Positions 1 through 9,361 of a stretch of DNA of 64,000 nt are shown here, in pieces. The stretch is from Tagaea sp. (GTDB lineage Bacteria > Pseudomonadota > Alphaproteobacteria > CACIAM-22H2), in NCBI GenBank assembly GCA_044378015.1, contig JBILXZ010000016.1, forward strand, positions 1,771 through 65,770, written 5' to 3'. The position numbers and the translations under genes were made by a program. The notes below the pieces were generated by a model that had not been told where the DNA came from, did not search any database, and saw nothing but the letters and a program-made list of their open reading frames with translations. The stretch's first letter is position 1, and every line of letters starts with the position of its first letter.

Positions 1-936
1 CGGGTCGATATTGCCGGCCACGACCGGCGCGAGGATGCCGAAATCGCCGACCGTTTCGGGCAAAGCGCCCAGTGCCGTCGTGACCACAACGCAGCCCGCC
101 GCCATCGCTTCCATCACCGCGATCGACGACGTTTCGGCCGCGACGTTCGGATAGAACAGCAGAATGGCGCGCTTGAGCGCATCGGCCAGCACGGGCTGCG
201 GCACGTTGCCGTGATAGGCGACTCCGGTCGCCGATTTGGCCTCGGCCGCAAGCAAGAGCCAGCTCGGCTGGCGGCGGAACAGATTGTTGGCCGGATAGAA
301 ATCGAAACTCGAAAACACGTCGAGCGTCAGCTCGGGTCGCAGCGCATGCAAATCGGCGAAAAAAGCGATCGCCTGCTTGAGGCCCTTGTAGGGCACCGAC
401 GTGAATGCCGCACGCGGCGCTTTGGCGGCAAGAATGGATTCGCCGGGTGCGAACAAAGCTTCGAAGCGCGGGCCGATCGCGTTGCGCAGGATGTCGATGC
501 GCTTCGCCGCGACGCCGCCCTCAGCATAGTTGTTCTTGTGCCACTCGCTTACGCACAAAATGCGGTCGCGCGGATGCGCAAAGCCTGCCAGCAGCGCCGC
601 TTCCTCGGTGCCCGGCACGATCACATTGTGCTGCCAGGCATAGATCGGCCCCGCAAAACCTTGCTTGCGCAGCGGCGCCAAAAGATCGGCGGCCGAGGTT
701 ACGAACACCGCGTCGAAATCGCCGTCGAGCGTTCCGGACCAGCGCTGCTGGTCCACGCCGCGCGCGCGGCCGCCTGCGCGCGTGCTCCCGGTGAAGACGG
801 CGACGTCGTGCCCGCGCCGCGCCAGTGCAAGTGCCAAATACACTTGCGCCGACTCCGAGCCCGGCAGCGGAGCGGCGAACGGCGTCTCGACGTCGTAGTC
901 GTGCGCCAAGTTCGGATTGACGAAGGCGAGCTTCAT
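1..936 (-). CDS. Glycosyltransferase family 4 (GT-B), partial; runs off the left edge
   Basis: Manual translation from ATG at 936: MKLAFVNPNLAHDY...PGSESAQVYLALALARRGHDVAVF...ETSSIAVMEAMAAGCVVVTTALGALPETV (GT4 E-x7-E motif). Absent from the ORF track because its stop lies outside the window. Confidence 0.85.
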   Translation of the reverse strand, partial: MKLAFVNPNLAHDYDVETPFAAPLPGSESAQVYLALALARRGHDVAVFTGSTRAGGRARGVDQQRWSGTLDGDFDAVFVTSAADLLAPLRKQGFAGPIYAWQHNVIVPGTEEAALLAGFAHPRDRILCVSEWHKNNYAEGGVAAKRIDILRNAIGPRFEALFAPGESILAAKAPRAAFTSVPYKGLKQAIAFFADLHALRPELTLDVFSSFDFYPANNLFRRQPSWLLLAAEAKSATGVAYHGNVPQPVLADALKRAILLFYPNVAAETSSIAVMEAMAAGCVVVTTALGALPETVGDFGILAPVVAGNIDP

Positions 937-1011
937 GGCATTCGGCGGGAAATGGGCATGGCAATTGGAATAGCTCGATTGTAAGGTTTTGTCCAAATCG
1001 AGGGGGAAACG

Positions 1012-2754
1012 ATGGCCGACAAGAAAAAACGCCACTTCAAAAAGGGCGAACTGCGTTCCAAACAATGGTTCGGGCGCCAGGACCGCGACGGTCTCGTGCA
1101 TCGCTCGTGGATGAAAAACCAGGGCACGCCCGCCCATCTTTTCGACGGCCGCCCCGTCGTCGGCATCTGCAACACCTGGTCGGAACTCACGCCGTGCAAC
1201 GGCCATTTCCGCGAACTCGCCGAGATGGTCAAAAAGGGCGTGCTGGAGATGGGCGGCTTCCCGCTCGAGTTCCCGGTCATGAGCCTCGGCGAGACGCTGA
1301 TGCGCCCGACGACGATGCTGTTCCGCAATCTCGCCAGCATGGATGTGGAAGAATCGATCCGCGCCAACCCGATGGACGGCGTGGTGCTGCTCGTGGGCTG
1401 CGACAAGACCACGCCCGCGTTGCTGATGGGGGCGGCAAGCTGCGATCTGCCGACCATCGCCGTGTCGGGCGGGCCGATGCTGAACGGGCGCTGGCGCGGC
1501 CAGGAGATCGGCTCGGGCACGCATGTGTGGAAATTCACCGAGATGCTGAAGACGGGCGAGCTCAACCAAGCCGACGTCAACGAGGCCGAGGCCTGCATGT
1601 CGCGCTCCATCGGCCATTGCATGACGATGGGCACGGCCTCGACGATGGCCTCCATGGTCGAAGCGCTCGGCATGGGCCTGCCGACCAACGCCGCGATCCC
1701 CGCCGCCGACAGCCGCCGCAAGACGCTTGCCTACATGGCCGGTCGGCGGGCAGTCGAGATGGTGCGCGAGAATCTCAAAATGTCGAAGATCCTCACCAAG
1801 CAGGCCTTCGAGAACGCGATCGTCGCCAACGGCGCCATCGGCGGCTCGACCAACGCGGTCGTGCATCTGCTCGCGATCGCGGGCCGCATGGGCGTCGATC
1901 TCACGCTCGCAGATTGGGACCGCATCGGCCGAAAAGTGCCGTGTCTCGTAAATCTGATGCCGTCGGGCAAGTACCTGATGGAAGATTTCTACTATGCGGG
2001 CGGCCTGCCGACGGTGCTCAAGGAAGTGGGCGCCATGCTCCACAAGAACGCTCTCACCGTGAACGGACGCACGATCTGGGACAACGTCAAAGACGCCAAA
2101 AACTGGAACGAAGCGGTCATTACGCCCGTCGCCAAACCTTTCAAGAAGCAAGGCGGCATTGCCGTCCTTCGCGGCAATCTCGCCCCCAACGGGGCCGTTC
2201 TAAAGCCCTCGGCCGCCACGCCCAAACTGATGAAGCACAAGGGCCGCGCGGTCGTGTTCGAAGACATCGACGACTACAACGCCCGCGTCGACGATCCCAA
2301 GCTCGACGTGGACGAAAACTGCATCCTCGTGCTCAAGAATTGCGGGCCCAAGGGCTATCCGGGTTTCCCCGAGGTCGGAAACTTCGCGTTGCCCGCGAAG
2401 CTCCTCAAAAAGGGCATCAAGGACATGGTGCGGATTTCCGACGCGCGCATGTCGGGTACCGCCTACGGCACGGTCGTGCTGCACACGGCCCCCGAAGCCG
2501 CCGCCGGCGGGCCGTTGGCATTGGTGCAAACCGGCGACACGATCGCCCTCGACGTCGAGAAGCGCCTGCTGCATCTCGACGTGACGGACGAAGAGCTCGC
2601 CCAGCGCCGCAAAAAATGGAAAGGCCCGCCCGTCCACGAAACGCGCGGCTACGCCAAGCTCTACGTCGAGACGGTCAACCAAGCCGACAAGGGCGTGGAT
2701 CTCGACTTTCTGGTCGGCAATTCAGGCGCACCCGTGGGCCGCGAGAGCCACTGA
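1012..2754 (+). CDS. IlvD/Edd family dehydratase (L-arabinonate/sugar-acid dehydratase-like)
   Basis: 580 aa; motifs NTWSELTPCN, GCDKT, HCMTMGTAST, SDARMSGT, HTAPEAA; C-terminus GRESH resembles pentonate dehydratases; RBS GAGGGGG. Confidence 0.85.
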   Translation: MADKKKRHFKKGELRSKQWFGRQDRDGLVHRSWMKNQGTPAHLFDGRPVVGICNTWSELTPCNGHFRELAEMVKKGVLEMGGFPLEFPVMSLGETLMRPTTMLFRNLASMDVEESIRANPMDGVVLLVGCDKTTPALLMGAASCDLPTIAVSGGPMLNGRWRGQEIGSGTHVWKFTEMLKTGELNQADVNEAEACMSRSIGHCMTMGTASTMASMVEALGMGLPTNAAIPAADSRRKTLAYMAGRRAVEMVRENLKMSKILTKQAFENAIVANGAIGGSTNAVVHLLAIAGRMGVDLTLADWDRIGRKVPCLVNLMPSGKYLMEDFYYAGGLPTVLKEVGAMLHKNALTVNGRTIWDNVKDAKNWNEAVITPVAKPFKKQGGIAVLRGNLAPNGAVLKPSAATPKLMKHKGRAVVFEDIDDYNARVDDPKLDVDENCILVLKNCGPKGYPGFPEVGNFALPAKLLKKGIKDMVRISDARMSGTAYGTVVLHTAPEAAAGGPLALVQTGDTIALDVEKRLLHLDVTDEELAQRRKKWKGPPVHETRGYAKLYVETVNQADKGVDLDFLVGNSGAPVGRESH

Positions 2755-2755
2755 A

Positions 2756-2770
2756 GGCGGCAGCGCCGCC
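2756..2770. terminator. Short GC hairpin filling the gap between two convergent genes
   Basis: GGCGGC-AGC-GCCGCC between stops at 2754 and 2771; no U-tract. Confidence 0.4.
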
Positions 2771-3607
2771 TCATCGCCCCTCGAATTCGGGGCGGCGTTT
2801 TTCGAGGAAGGCGCGATAGCCTTCGAGATAGTCGGCCGTGTCGCAATTGGCGAAGCCTTCGAGATATTCGGCGCGCGTAAGGGGCTTTGGCGAGCGCAGA
2901 CGGCGCGTAAACTTCTTGTGCCAGCGGTTCGACAATGGGGCACCGGCCGCGATGCGCGCGGCCGACGCATATGCCTCCGCCTCGACCTTTGCGTCCGGCA
3001 CCACGCGCGTGACGAGGCCTTTGTCTTTGGCTTCGGCCGCACCGAACACGCGCGCCTCGAGGAGGATTTCCTTGGCGACCGCCTCGCCCACGAGCCCGAT
3101 CAGCGCCGACAATTCGGGATAGGCCATGATCACCCCGATGCGGTTGATCGGCACGCCGAAGCGGGCACCCTCGCCCGCAATGCGCAGATCGCACATGCTG
3201 GCGATCTCGAGCGACCCGCCCACGCAAAGCCCCTTGACGAGGGCCACGACCGGATGGCGGCAGTCGCCGACAGCGGCCAAGGTGGCGTGCATCGTGCGCC
3301 CGTAGGCGACGGCAAGCTTCGTCGTCTTGCGCGTCTTCTCGAACTCGGAGATGTCGGCTCCCGGCCCGAAGGCGTGGTCGCCGGCCCCGCGGAGCACAAT
3401 GCACCCGATATCGGGCTCGGCATGGAGGGCGCGCATCGCTTCGCCCAATTTGGCCCACATGGCGGACGATATTGCGTTGAGTTTGGCCGGGCGGTTCAGA
3501 ATAACGGTCACGATGCGCGGATCGCCCGCGACCGCGCGATCGACCAGCACCGGATCGTCCGGTGCGGTCGCGTAGAGTTTGGGCGGCGTTCGACGTTTGG
3601 CGGCCAT
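2771..3607 (-). CDS. Enoyl-CoA hydratase/isomerase (crotonase) family protein
   Basis: LNRPAKLNA, AFGPGADISEF, GLCVGGSLEIASMCDLRIA, FGVP; start trimmed to MAAKRR (3607). Confidence 0.88.
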   Translation of the reverse strand: MAAKRRTPPKLYATAPDDPVLVDRAVAGDPRIVTVILNRPAKLNAISSAMWAKLGEAMRALHAEPDIGCIVLRGAGDHAFGPGADISEFEKTRKTTKLAVAYGRTMHATLAAVGDCRHPVVALVKGLCVGGSLEIASMCDLRIAGEGARFGVPINRIGVIMAYPELSALIGLVGEAVAKEILLEARVFGAAEAKDKGLVTRVVPDAKVEAEAYASAARIAAGAPLSNRWHKKFTRRLRSPKPLTRAEYLEGFANCDTADYLEGYRAFLEKRRPEFEGR

Positions 3608-3749
3608 GGCGATTCCCCTTCGATTTGGCGCAAGCTTAGGCGAAGTGAAAGCGCTTGCGCAAAGCCGCAAAATCCTTGCTTGCGGCTGCTGCGGCGGCGG
3701 GCCTAAAAATGACGGCCAGCGCCCTTTCAGCTTTCGCCCAGGACCCGCC

Positions 3750-4439
3750 ATGTCGCCCGAAGAAATCGCCCAGACGACCGCCCGCATCCTGATCGAAACC
3801 AAAGCAATCCATTTCAATCCCGCCAATCCCTATATCTTCACATCCGGCTGGGCGAGCCCGACTTATTGCGACTGCCGCAAGCTGATCGGCTTTCCGCGCG
3901 CGCGCAACAAGCTCATGGACATGGCCGTGACCGTGATCGAGCGCAAGATCGGCTTTGCCGGCATCGACGCGGTGGCCGGCGGCGAAACCGCCGGCATCCC
4001 CTACGCCGCCTGGATCGCCGAACGCCTCGAGCTGCCGATGCTGTACGTGCGCAAGAAGCCCAAGGGTTTCGGACGCAACGCGCTGATCGAGGGCGATCTG
4101 CGCGAGGGCCAGCGCGTGCTGCTGGTCGAGGATCTGGCGACCGACGGCAAGTCGAAAATGCATTTCGTGAACGGGCTGCGCGAAGCGGGTGCTGCGGTTG
4201 CGCACAGCTTCGTCGTGTTCCACTACGGCATTTTCCCCGAGAGTGTGGCGAGCCTCAAAGCCGAGGGGGTGGATCTGCACGCCCTGGCGACCTGGTGGGA
4301 CGTGCTGAAGGAGGCTCAAGCTCAGCAGGCCTACAGCGACGCCGAACTCGCGGAGGTGCGCAAATTTCTCGAGGCACCTGCCGCATGGTCCTATGCCCAT
4401 GGCGGCATCGGCCCCGACGGCACAAAAAAGGCCGGATGA
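3750..4439 (+). CDS. pyrE: Orotate phosphoribosyltransferase
   Basis: FTSGWASPTYCDCR, YVRKKPKGFGR, PRPP motif VLLVEDLATDGKS; start trimmed to MSPEEIA. Confidence 0.88.
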   Translation: MSPEEIAQTTARILIETKAIHFNPANPYIFTSGWASPTYCDCRKLIGFPRARNKLMDMAVTVIERKIGFAGIDAVAGGETAGIPYAAWIAERLELPMLYVRKKPKGFGRNALIEGDLREGQRVLLVEDLATDGKSKMHFVNGLREAGAAVAHSFVVFHYGIFPESVASLKAEGVDLHALATWWDVLKEAQAQQAYSDAELAEVRKFLEAPAAWSYAHGGIGPDGTKKAG

Positions 4440-6097
4440 AAACCGCGCGCGCACTTCTGCTCGCGCTCGCCTCGACGCTCGGGCTGGGCGGTGCATCGCA
4501 TGCGCAGTCGCACGACGCGCTGACGATCGGCATATCGCAGTTTCCTTCCACGCTGCACCCGATGTTCGACTCGATGGCGGCCAAGTCCTACGTGCTTGCT
4601 ATGGCGCGCCGGCCGCTCACGACATACGACAAGGACTGGAATCTCGTCTGCCTGATGTGCGAGACGCTGCCGACCTTCGAGAACGGCGGCGCCAAGCGCG
4701 TGGCTTTGCCGGACGGCAAAGAAGGCGTCGAAGTGGTGTTCCGGTTGAAGGACGGATTCAAATGGGGCGACGGCACGCCCGTCTCGCCGCGCGATGCGAT
4801 CCTTAGCTGGGAGATCGGCCGCCATCCGCGCTCGGGCGTGGCGGGCGGTGAAGGCTACCGGCGCATTGTGAGCGTCGTCGCCAAGGATGCGCGCACGATC
4901 GCCTTCACGAGCGACCGTGTGACCTTCACCTACAACGATTTCAGCCAGTTCGAATTCGTTCCCGACCATGTCGAGCGGCGGATTTTCGAGAGCGATCCCG
5001 AAAACTACCGTCGCCGCACGGCCTTCGATGCCGAGCCCACGAACCCCGCTCTGTTCAACGGCCCCTACCGCATCGCCGAAGTCCAGCAAGGGGCGGCCGT
5101 CACGCTGGTCCCCAACGGCCAGTGGGGCGGCAAAACCCCGGCTTTCAAACGCGTCGTCGTGCGGGCCGTCGAAAACACGGCCGCGCTCGAGGCCAATCTT
5201 CTATCCGGCAGCGTCGACTATGTGGCGGGCGAACTCGGCTTCACGCTCGACCAGGCCTTGGCGCTCGAGAAACGCCATCCCGCGCGCTTCGATTTCCGGT
5301 ACGTGCCCGGCCTTGTCTACGAGCACATCGATCTCAATCTCGATCTGCCCGCTTTCCAGGACAAGGCCGTGCGCCAAGCGCTTATCCTTGCGACCGACCG
5401 GGTCGCCCTTGTGCGCCAGCTGTTCGAGGATCGCCAGCCGGTCGCCGCCTCGTTCATCAACCCGAAGGATGCAGGCTACGCCGCCGAAATCGCCCCCTAC
5501 CCGTTCGATCTTGCGCGCGCCCAGGCTTTGCTCGACCAAGCGGGCTATACCCGCCTTGTGGGCGGCGTGCGCCAGAATGCGGCTGGCCAGCGGCTTTCCT
5601 TCGAACTCGGCACCACGGCCGGGAACCGCATCCGCGAGACCGTGCAGCAGGTGCTGCAAGCGCAATGGCGGCGTGCGGGCATCGAAGTGCGCATCCGCAA
5701 CGAGCCCGCGCGCGTGTTTTTCGGCGAAACGATCCGCCAGCGCAGGTTCCAACTCGCCATGTATGCCTGGGTTTCGGCCCCGCAATCCGTGCCGCGCACG
5801 ACGCTGCACTCCGAAAGCATCCCGACGGCGGAAAACAACTGGGCGGGCCAGAACCAACCCGGCATCCGCAGCGCGGAGATGGACCGGCTCATCGACGCAA
5901 CCGAACGCGAGCTCGATGCGGAAAAACGCAAGGCCCTGTGGGCCCGCATGCAGCGGCTCTACGTCGACGAGGCGTGGGTGATGCCGCTTTTCTTCCGCGC
6001 CGATCCGTTCGTTGTGCCCAAATGGCTCGCAGGGCTCGAACCCACCGGCCACCAATATCCCTCGCCCCTCGGCATCGAGAATTGGCACGTGCGATGA
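4436..6097 (+). CDS. Peptide/nickel ABC transporter substrate-binding protein (family 5)
   Basis: Signal peptide MKTARALLLALAS; KWGDGTPV, NGPYRI, VRQAL; ATGA overlap with the pyrE stop. Confidence 0.88.
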   Translation: MKTARALLLALASTLGLGGASHAQSHDALTIGISQFPSTLHPMFDSMAAKSYVLAMARRPLTTYDKDWNLVCLMCETLPTFENGGAKRVALPDGKEGVEVVFRLKDGFKWGDGTPVSPRDAILSWEIGRHPRSGVAGGEGYRRIVSVVAKDARTIAFTSDRVTFTYNDFSQFEFVPDHVERRIFESDPENYRRRTAFDAEPTNPALFNGPYRIAEVQQGAAVTLVPNGQWGGKTPAFKRVVVRAVENTAALEANLLSGSVDYVAGELGFTLDQALALEKRHPARFDFRYVPGLVYEHIDLNLDLPAFQDKAVRQALILATDRVALVRQLFEDRQPVAASFINPKDAGYAAEIAPYPFDLARAQALLDQAGYTRLVGGVRQNAAGQRLSFELGTTAGNRIRETVQQVLQAQWRRAGIEVRIRNEPARVFFGETIRQRRFQLAMYAWVSAPQSVPRTTLHSESIPTAENNWAGQNQPGIRSAEMDRLIDATERELDAEKRKALWARMQRLYVDEAWVMPLFFRADPFVVPKWLAGLEPTGHQYPSPLGIENWHVR

Positions 6098-7047
6098 TGC
6101 GCTATGCGCTGCAGCGCGCATTGCAGGGCGTGCTGGTGCTGGTGGCGGCGAGTTTTGCGATCTACGTGCTGCTCGGGCTTATGCCGGGCGACCCCATCGA
6201 TCTCATGATCTCGGGCAACCCGCAGATCACGCCCGACGACGTGCGGCGGCTGCGCGAGCTTTACGGAATCGACCGGCCGATACTGGCGCGCTACGGCGAA
6301 TGGGCGTCGGCCGCGCTGCAGGGCGATCTCGGCTACAGCCGCCTTTACGCCAAGCCCGTGCTTGCGGCCATCGGCCCTGCCTTCGCCAACACAAGCGTGC
6401 TGATGCTGGCGGCTTTCGCTGCCGCCCTCGCCATCGGCGTGCCGCTCGGGCTGCTGGCGGCCGCCAAGCGCGGCACCGCCATCGATGCTGCGATCAACGG
6501 CTTTGCCTTCGTCTCGGCGGCGACACCTTCGTTCTGGCTCGGGCTGATGTTGATCGCGCTGTTCGCCGTGGTCCTGGGCTGGCTGCCGGCGAGCGCCATG
6601 CCGCTGCCGGGACAGGACGGACCGGGCGCGCGGCTTGCGGGGCTTGTTCTGCCGGTCGCAACGCTTGCCCTCGTCGAGGCGGGCGAATATGCGCGCTACA
6701 TGCGCAGCGCCGCCGTCGAAGCGCTGGCGCAGGATTGGGCGCGCACGGCGCGCGCCAAGGGCGCTTCGGGCGCCCGCGTGCTGTTCGGCCACGTGCTGCG
6801 CAACGCGGCGATCCCGGTCGCGACCGTTGCGGCCCTTGGCTTCGGCGGACTGTTTTCGGGCGCCTTGGTGACCGAGACGATCTTCGCCTATCCGGGCATG
6901 GGCAAGCTTATCTACGACGCGATCCTCGGCAGCGACTACAATCTTGCCCTTGCCTGCCTGCTGATGGCGGCGGGGCTCGTGATCGTCGCGAATTTTGCGG
7001 CCGATCTTGCCTATGCCGCCCTCGACCCGCGCGTGAATGCCGCATGA
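6094..7047 (+). CDS. Peptide ABC transporter permease (OppB/DppB-like)
   Basis: MPGDP, YGIDRP, GDLGYS, EAA loop ARTARAKG, HVLRNA, VTETIFAYPGMG. Confidence 0.9.
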   Translation: MMRYALQRALQGVLVLVAASFAIYVLLGLMPGDPIDLMISGNPQITPDDVRRLRELYGIDRPILARYGEWASAALQGDLGYSRLYAKPVLAAIGPAFANTSVLMLAAFAAALAIGVPLGLLAAAKRGTAIDAAINGFAFVSAATPSFWLGLMLIALFAVVLGWLPASAMPLPGQDGPGARLAGLVLPVATLALVEAGEYARYMRSAAVEALAQDWARTARAKGASGARVLFGHVLRNAAIPVATVAALGFGGLFSGALVTETIFAYPGMGKLIYDAILGSDYNLALACLLMAAGLVIVANFAADLAYAALDPRVNAA

Positions 7048-7868
7048 CGCCGCGTTTTGCCCTGCCGCTCGGCCTGCTCGCCCTGCTCGCTTTTGCAGCG
7101 GCCGCGATTCCGCTGCTGGGCGCCGACCCCGACGCGATCGACCTTGCCAAGCGCTATGCGGGCCCGAGCCTGGAACACCCGCTGGGCACGGACGAGCTTG
7201 GCCGCGACGTGGCCTTGCGCCTGCTCTACGGCGCGCGCGTGTCGCTGGCCGTGGCGATCGCCGCGGCGTTTGCCGCCGTTGCAATAGGCACCGCGATTGG
7301 CCTCGCAGCGGGCACGCTTGGCGGGCGCATCGACGGCGCGCTGATGCGCGCGACAGATGCCGTGCTGGCCCTGCCCGTGCTGCCGGTTCTGATCGTGCTG
7401 GCGGCGATCGACATGCGGAAGCTTGGCCTGCCGCAAAGCGACGACGGCGGGCTGTGGCGCATCGTGGCGATCGTCGCGCTCTTTGGCTGGCCCAAGGTCG
7501 CGCGGCTCGTGCGCGCAACCGCCCTTGCCCTCGTGAACCGAGATTTCGTGCGCGCGGCGACGGCGCTTGGGGCCGGGCGCCTGCGCATCATGGCGGTGCA
7601 TATTCTGCCCAATTGCGCGGGCCCCTTGCTCGTCGCGACGGCGTTGGCGGCCGGGGGCACAATCCTCTACGAAAGCGTGCTTTCGTTCCTGGGTTTGGGC
7701 ATCCAGCCGCCGACGGCGAGTTGGGGCAACATGCTGACCAACGCCCAGGAAACGATCTGGCAGGCGCCGTGGCTGGCTCTGTGGCCCGGTTTGGCGATCC
7801 TGCTGACGGTAACGGCAATAAACCTGCTGGCCGACGCGTTGCAGGACAAGATCGCAGGACGGCGCTGA
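7044..7868 (+). CDS. Peptide ABC transporter permease (OppC/DppC-like)
   Basis: HPLGTDELGRD, FVRAATALG, HILPN, ESVLSFLGLG, SWGNML. Confidence 0.9.
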   Translation: MTPRFALPLGLLALLAFAAAAIPLLGADPDAIDLAKRYAGPSLEHPLGTDELGRDVALRLLYGARVSLAVAIAAAFAAVAIGTAIGLAAGTLGGRIDGALMRATDAVLALPVLPVLIVLAAIDMRKLGLPQSDDGGLWRIVAIVALFGWPKVARLVRATALALVNRDFVRAATALGAGRLRIMAVHILPNCAGPLLVATALAAGGTILYESVLSFLGLGIQPPTASWGNMLTNAQETIWQAPWLALWPGLAILLTVTAINLLADALQDKIAGRR

Positions 7869-7946
7869 CAGCACCCAATTTGCCGGGGCTGGCACGCAAC
7901 CCCGGAATGCGCTAGCAAGACGCTCGTTTCCCGAGGAGCCAGCCGG

Positions 7947-9359
7947 ATGCTTCAGCCCATCGTGCCAGTCATTCTCTCGGGCGGTGCGGGAACCCGCCTG
8001 TGGCCGCTGTCGCGCGAGCTTTATCCCAAGCAATTGCTGCGGCTGGCCGGCGACAAATCGATGATCGCCGAAACGGCCCTGCGCGTTGGCGGCGCGCCGT
8101 TCGGCGCGCCCATCGTTGTGTGCAACGAAGAGCACCGCTTCATCATCGCCGAGCAGCTGCGCGCGGCGGGCGTCGCTCCGCGCGCGATCCTGCTCGAGCC
8201 CGTGGGACGAAACACGGCCGCTGCTGCGGCCGCGGCCGCTGCCCTGCTCGAGCCCGGCGAGACCATGATGCTGCTGCCCTCCGACCACGTCGTGCGCGAC
8301 GCGGCCGCCTTTGCCGCGGCGGTCGCGACTGCGCGCACCGTCGTTGCCCAAGGCCGTCTCGTGACGTTCGGCATCGACCCCGAGCAGCCCGAGACCGGCT
8401 ACGGCTACATCAAGCGCGGGGCGCCTCTGCCGCAGAGCGAGGGCGCCTACGCGGTCCAACGCTTCGTCGAGAAACCCGATCTGGCAACCGCCAAGGCGTA
8501 TCTGGCCGAGGGCGGCTGGGCATGGAACTCGGGCATGTTCCTGTTCGATGCGGCTGCCTTTCTGGCCGAGTTGGCGCGCTTCGAACCCGCGATCGCCGAA
8601 TACGCCGCTGCGGCCGCCAAAGCGGCGTCGCGCGATCTCGATTTCGTGCGCCTCGACAAGGCAGCGTTCGCGCAATGCCCGGCGAAATCGATCGACTACG
8701 CGGTGATGGAGCGCACCGACCGCTCGGCAGTGGTGCCCGCCCGCCTCGGCTGGTCGGATGTCGGTGCGTGGAACGCGCTGTGGGAACTCGGGCCCCGCGA
8801 CGGCGACGGCAACGTGCTGCTGGGCGACGTCGCGGTGGCCGACACGCAGAACTCCTATTTGCGCAGCGAGCATCGCCTGCTGACGGCCGTTGGCGTGCAC
8901 GATCTCGTGGTCGTCGCCACGCGCGACGTGGTCATGGTCGCAGACCGCGACCGCGCGCAGGACGTCAAGAAAATCGTCGATCGGCTCAAATCCGAAGGGC
9001 GCAGCGAAGTCGCCTCGCACGTGGTCGTGCACCGCCCCTGGGGCAGCTACCAGACGATCGACGCGGGCGAACGCTTTCAGGTGAAGCGCCTCACGGTGAA
9101 GCCGGGGGCCAAAATCTCGCTGCAGAAGCACGCGCACCGTGCCGAGCATTGGGTGGTGGTAAGCGGCACGGCGCGCGTCACGCGCGACGCGGAAACGCTC
9201 GATCTGCAGGAGAACATGTCGACCTACATCCCGGTCGGCTGCGTCCACCGGCTCGAAAATCCGGGCACCGAGCTTTTGCACATCATCGAAGTGCAGTCCG
9301 GCGGCTATCTCGGCGAGGACGACATCGTGCGATTCGAAGACAGCTACGGGCGCAAATAG
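7947..9359 (+). CDS. manC: Mannose-1-phosphate guanylyltransferase / mannose-6-phosphate isomerase (bifunctional)
   Basis: ILSGGAGTRLWPLSRELYPKQ, EPVGRNTA, FVEKPD, WNSGMF, SIDYAVME, GWSDVG; C-terminal cupin RPWG...HAHRAEHWVVV. Confidence 0.93.
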   Translation: MLQPIVPVILSGGAGTRLWPLSRELYPKQLLRLAGDKSMIAETALRVGGAPFGAPIVVCNEEHRFIIAEQLRAAGVAPRAILLEPVGRNTAAAAAAAAALLEPGETMMLLPSDHVVRDAAAFAAAVATARTVVAQGRLVTFGIDPEQPETGYGYIKRGAPLPQSEGAYAVQRFVEKPDLATAKAYLAEGGWAWNSGMFLFDAAAFLAELARFEPAIAEYAAAAAKAASRDLDFVRLDKAAFAQCPAKSIDYAVMERTDRSAVVPARLGWSDVGAWNALWELGPRDGDGNVLLGDVAVADTQNSYLRSEHRLLTAVGVHDLVVVATRDVVMVADRDRAQDVKKIVDRLKSEGRSEVASHVVVHRPWGSYQTIDAGERFQVKRLTVKPGAKISLQKHAHRAEHWVVVSGTARVTRDAETLDLQENMSTYIPVGCVHRLENPGTELLHIIEVQSGGYLGEDDIVRFEDSYGRK

Positions 9360-9361
9360 CC

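Noticed and set aside
211-984. 257-aa plus-strand ORF at the window start
   Set aside because: Antisense to the GT4 glycosyltransferase, which has clear motifs on the minus strand.
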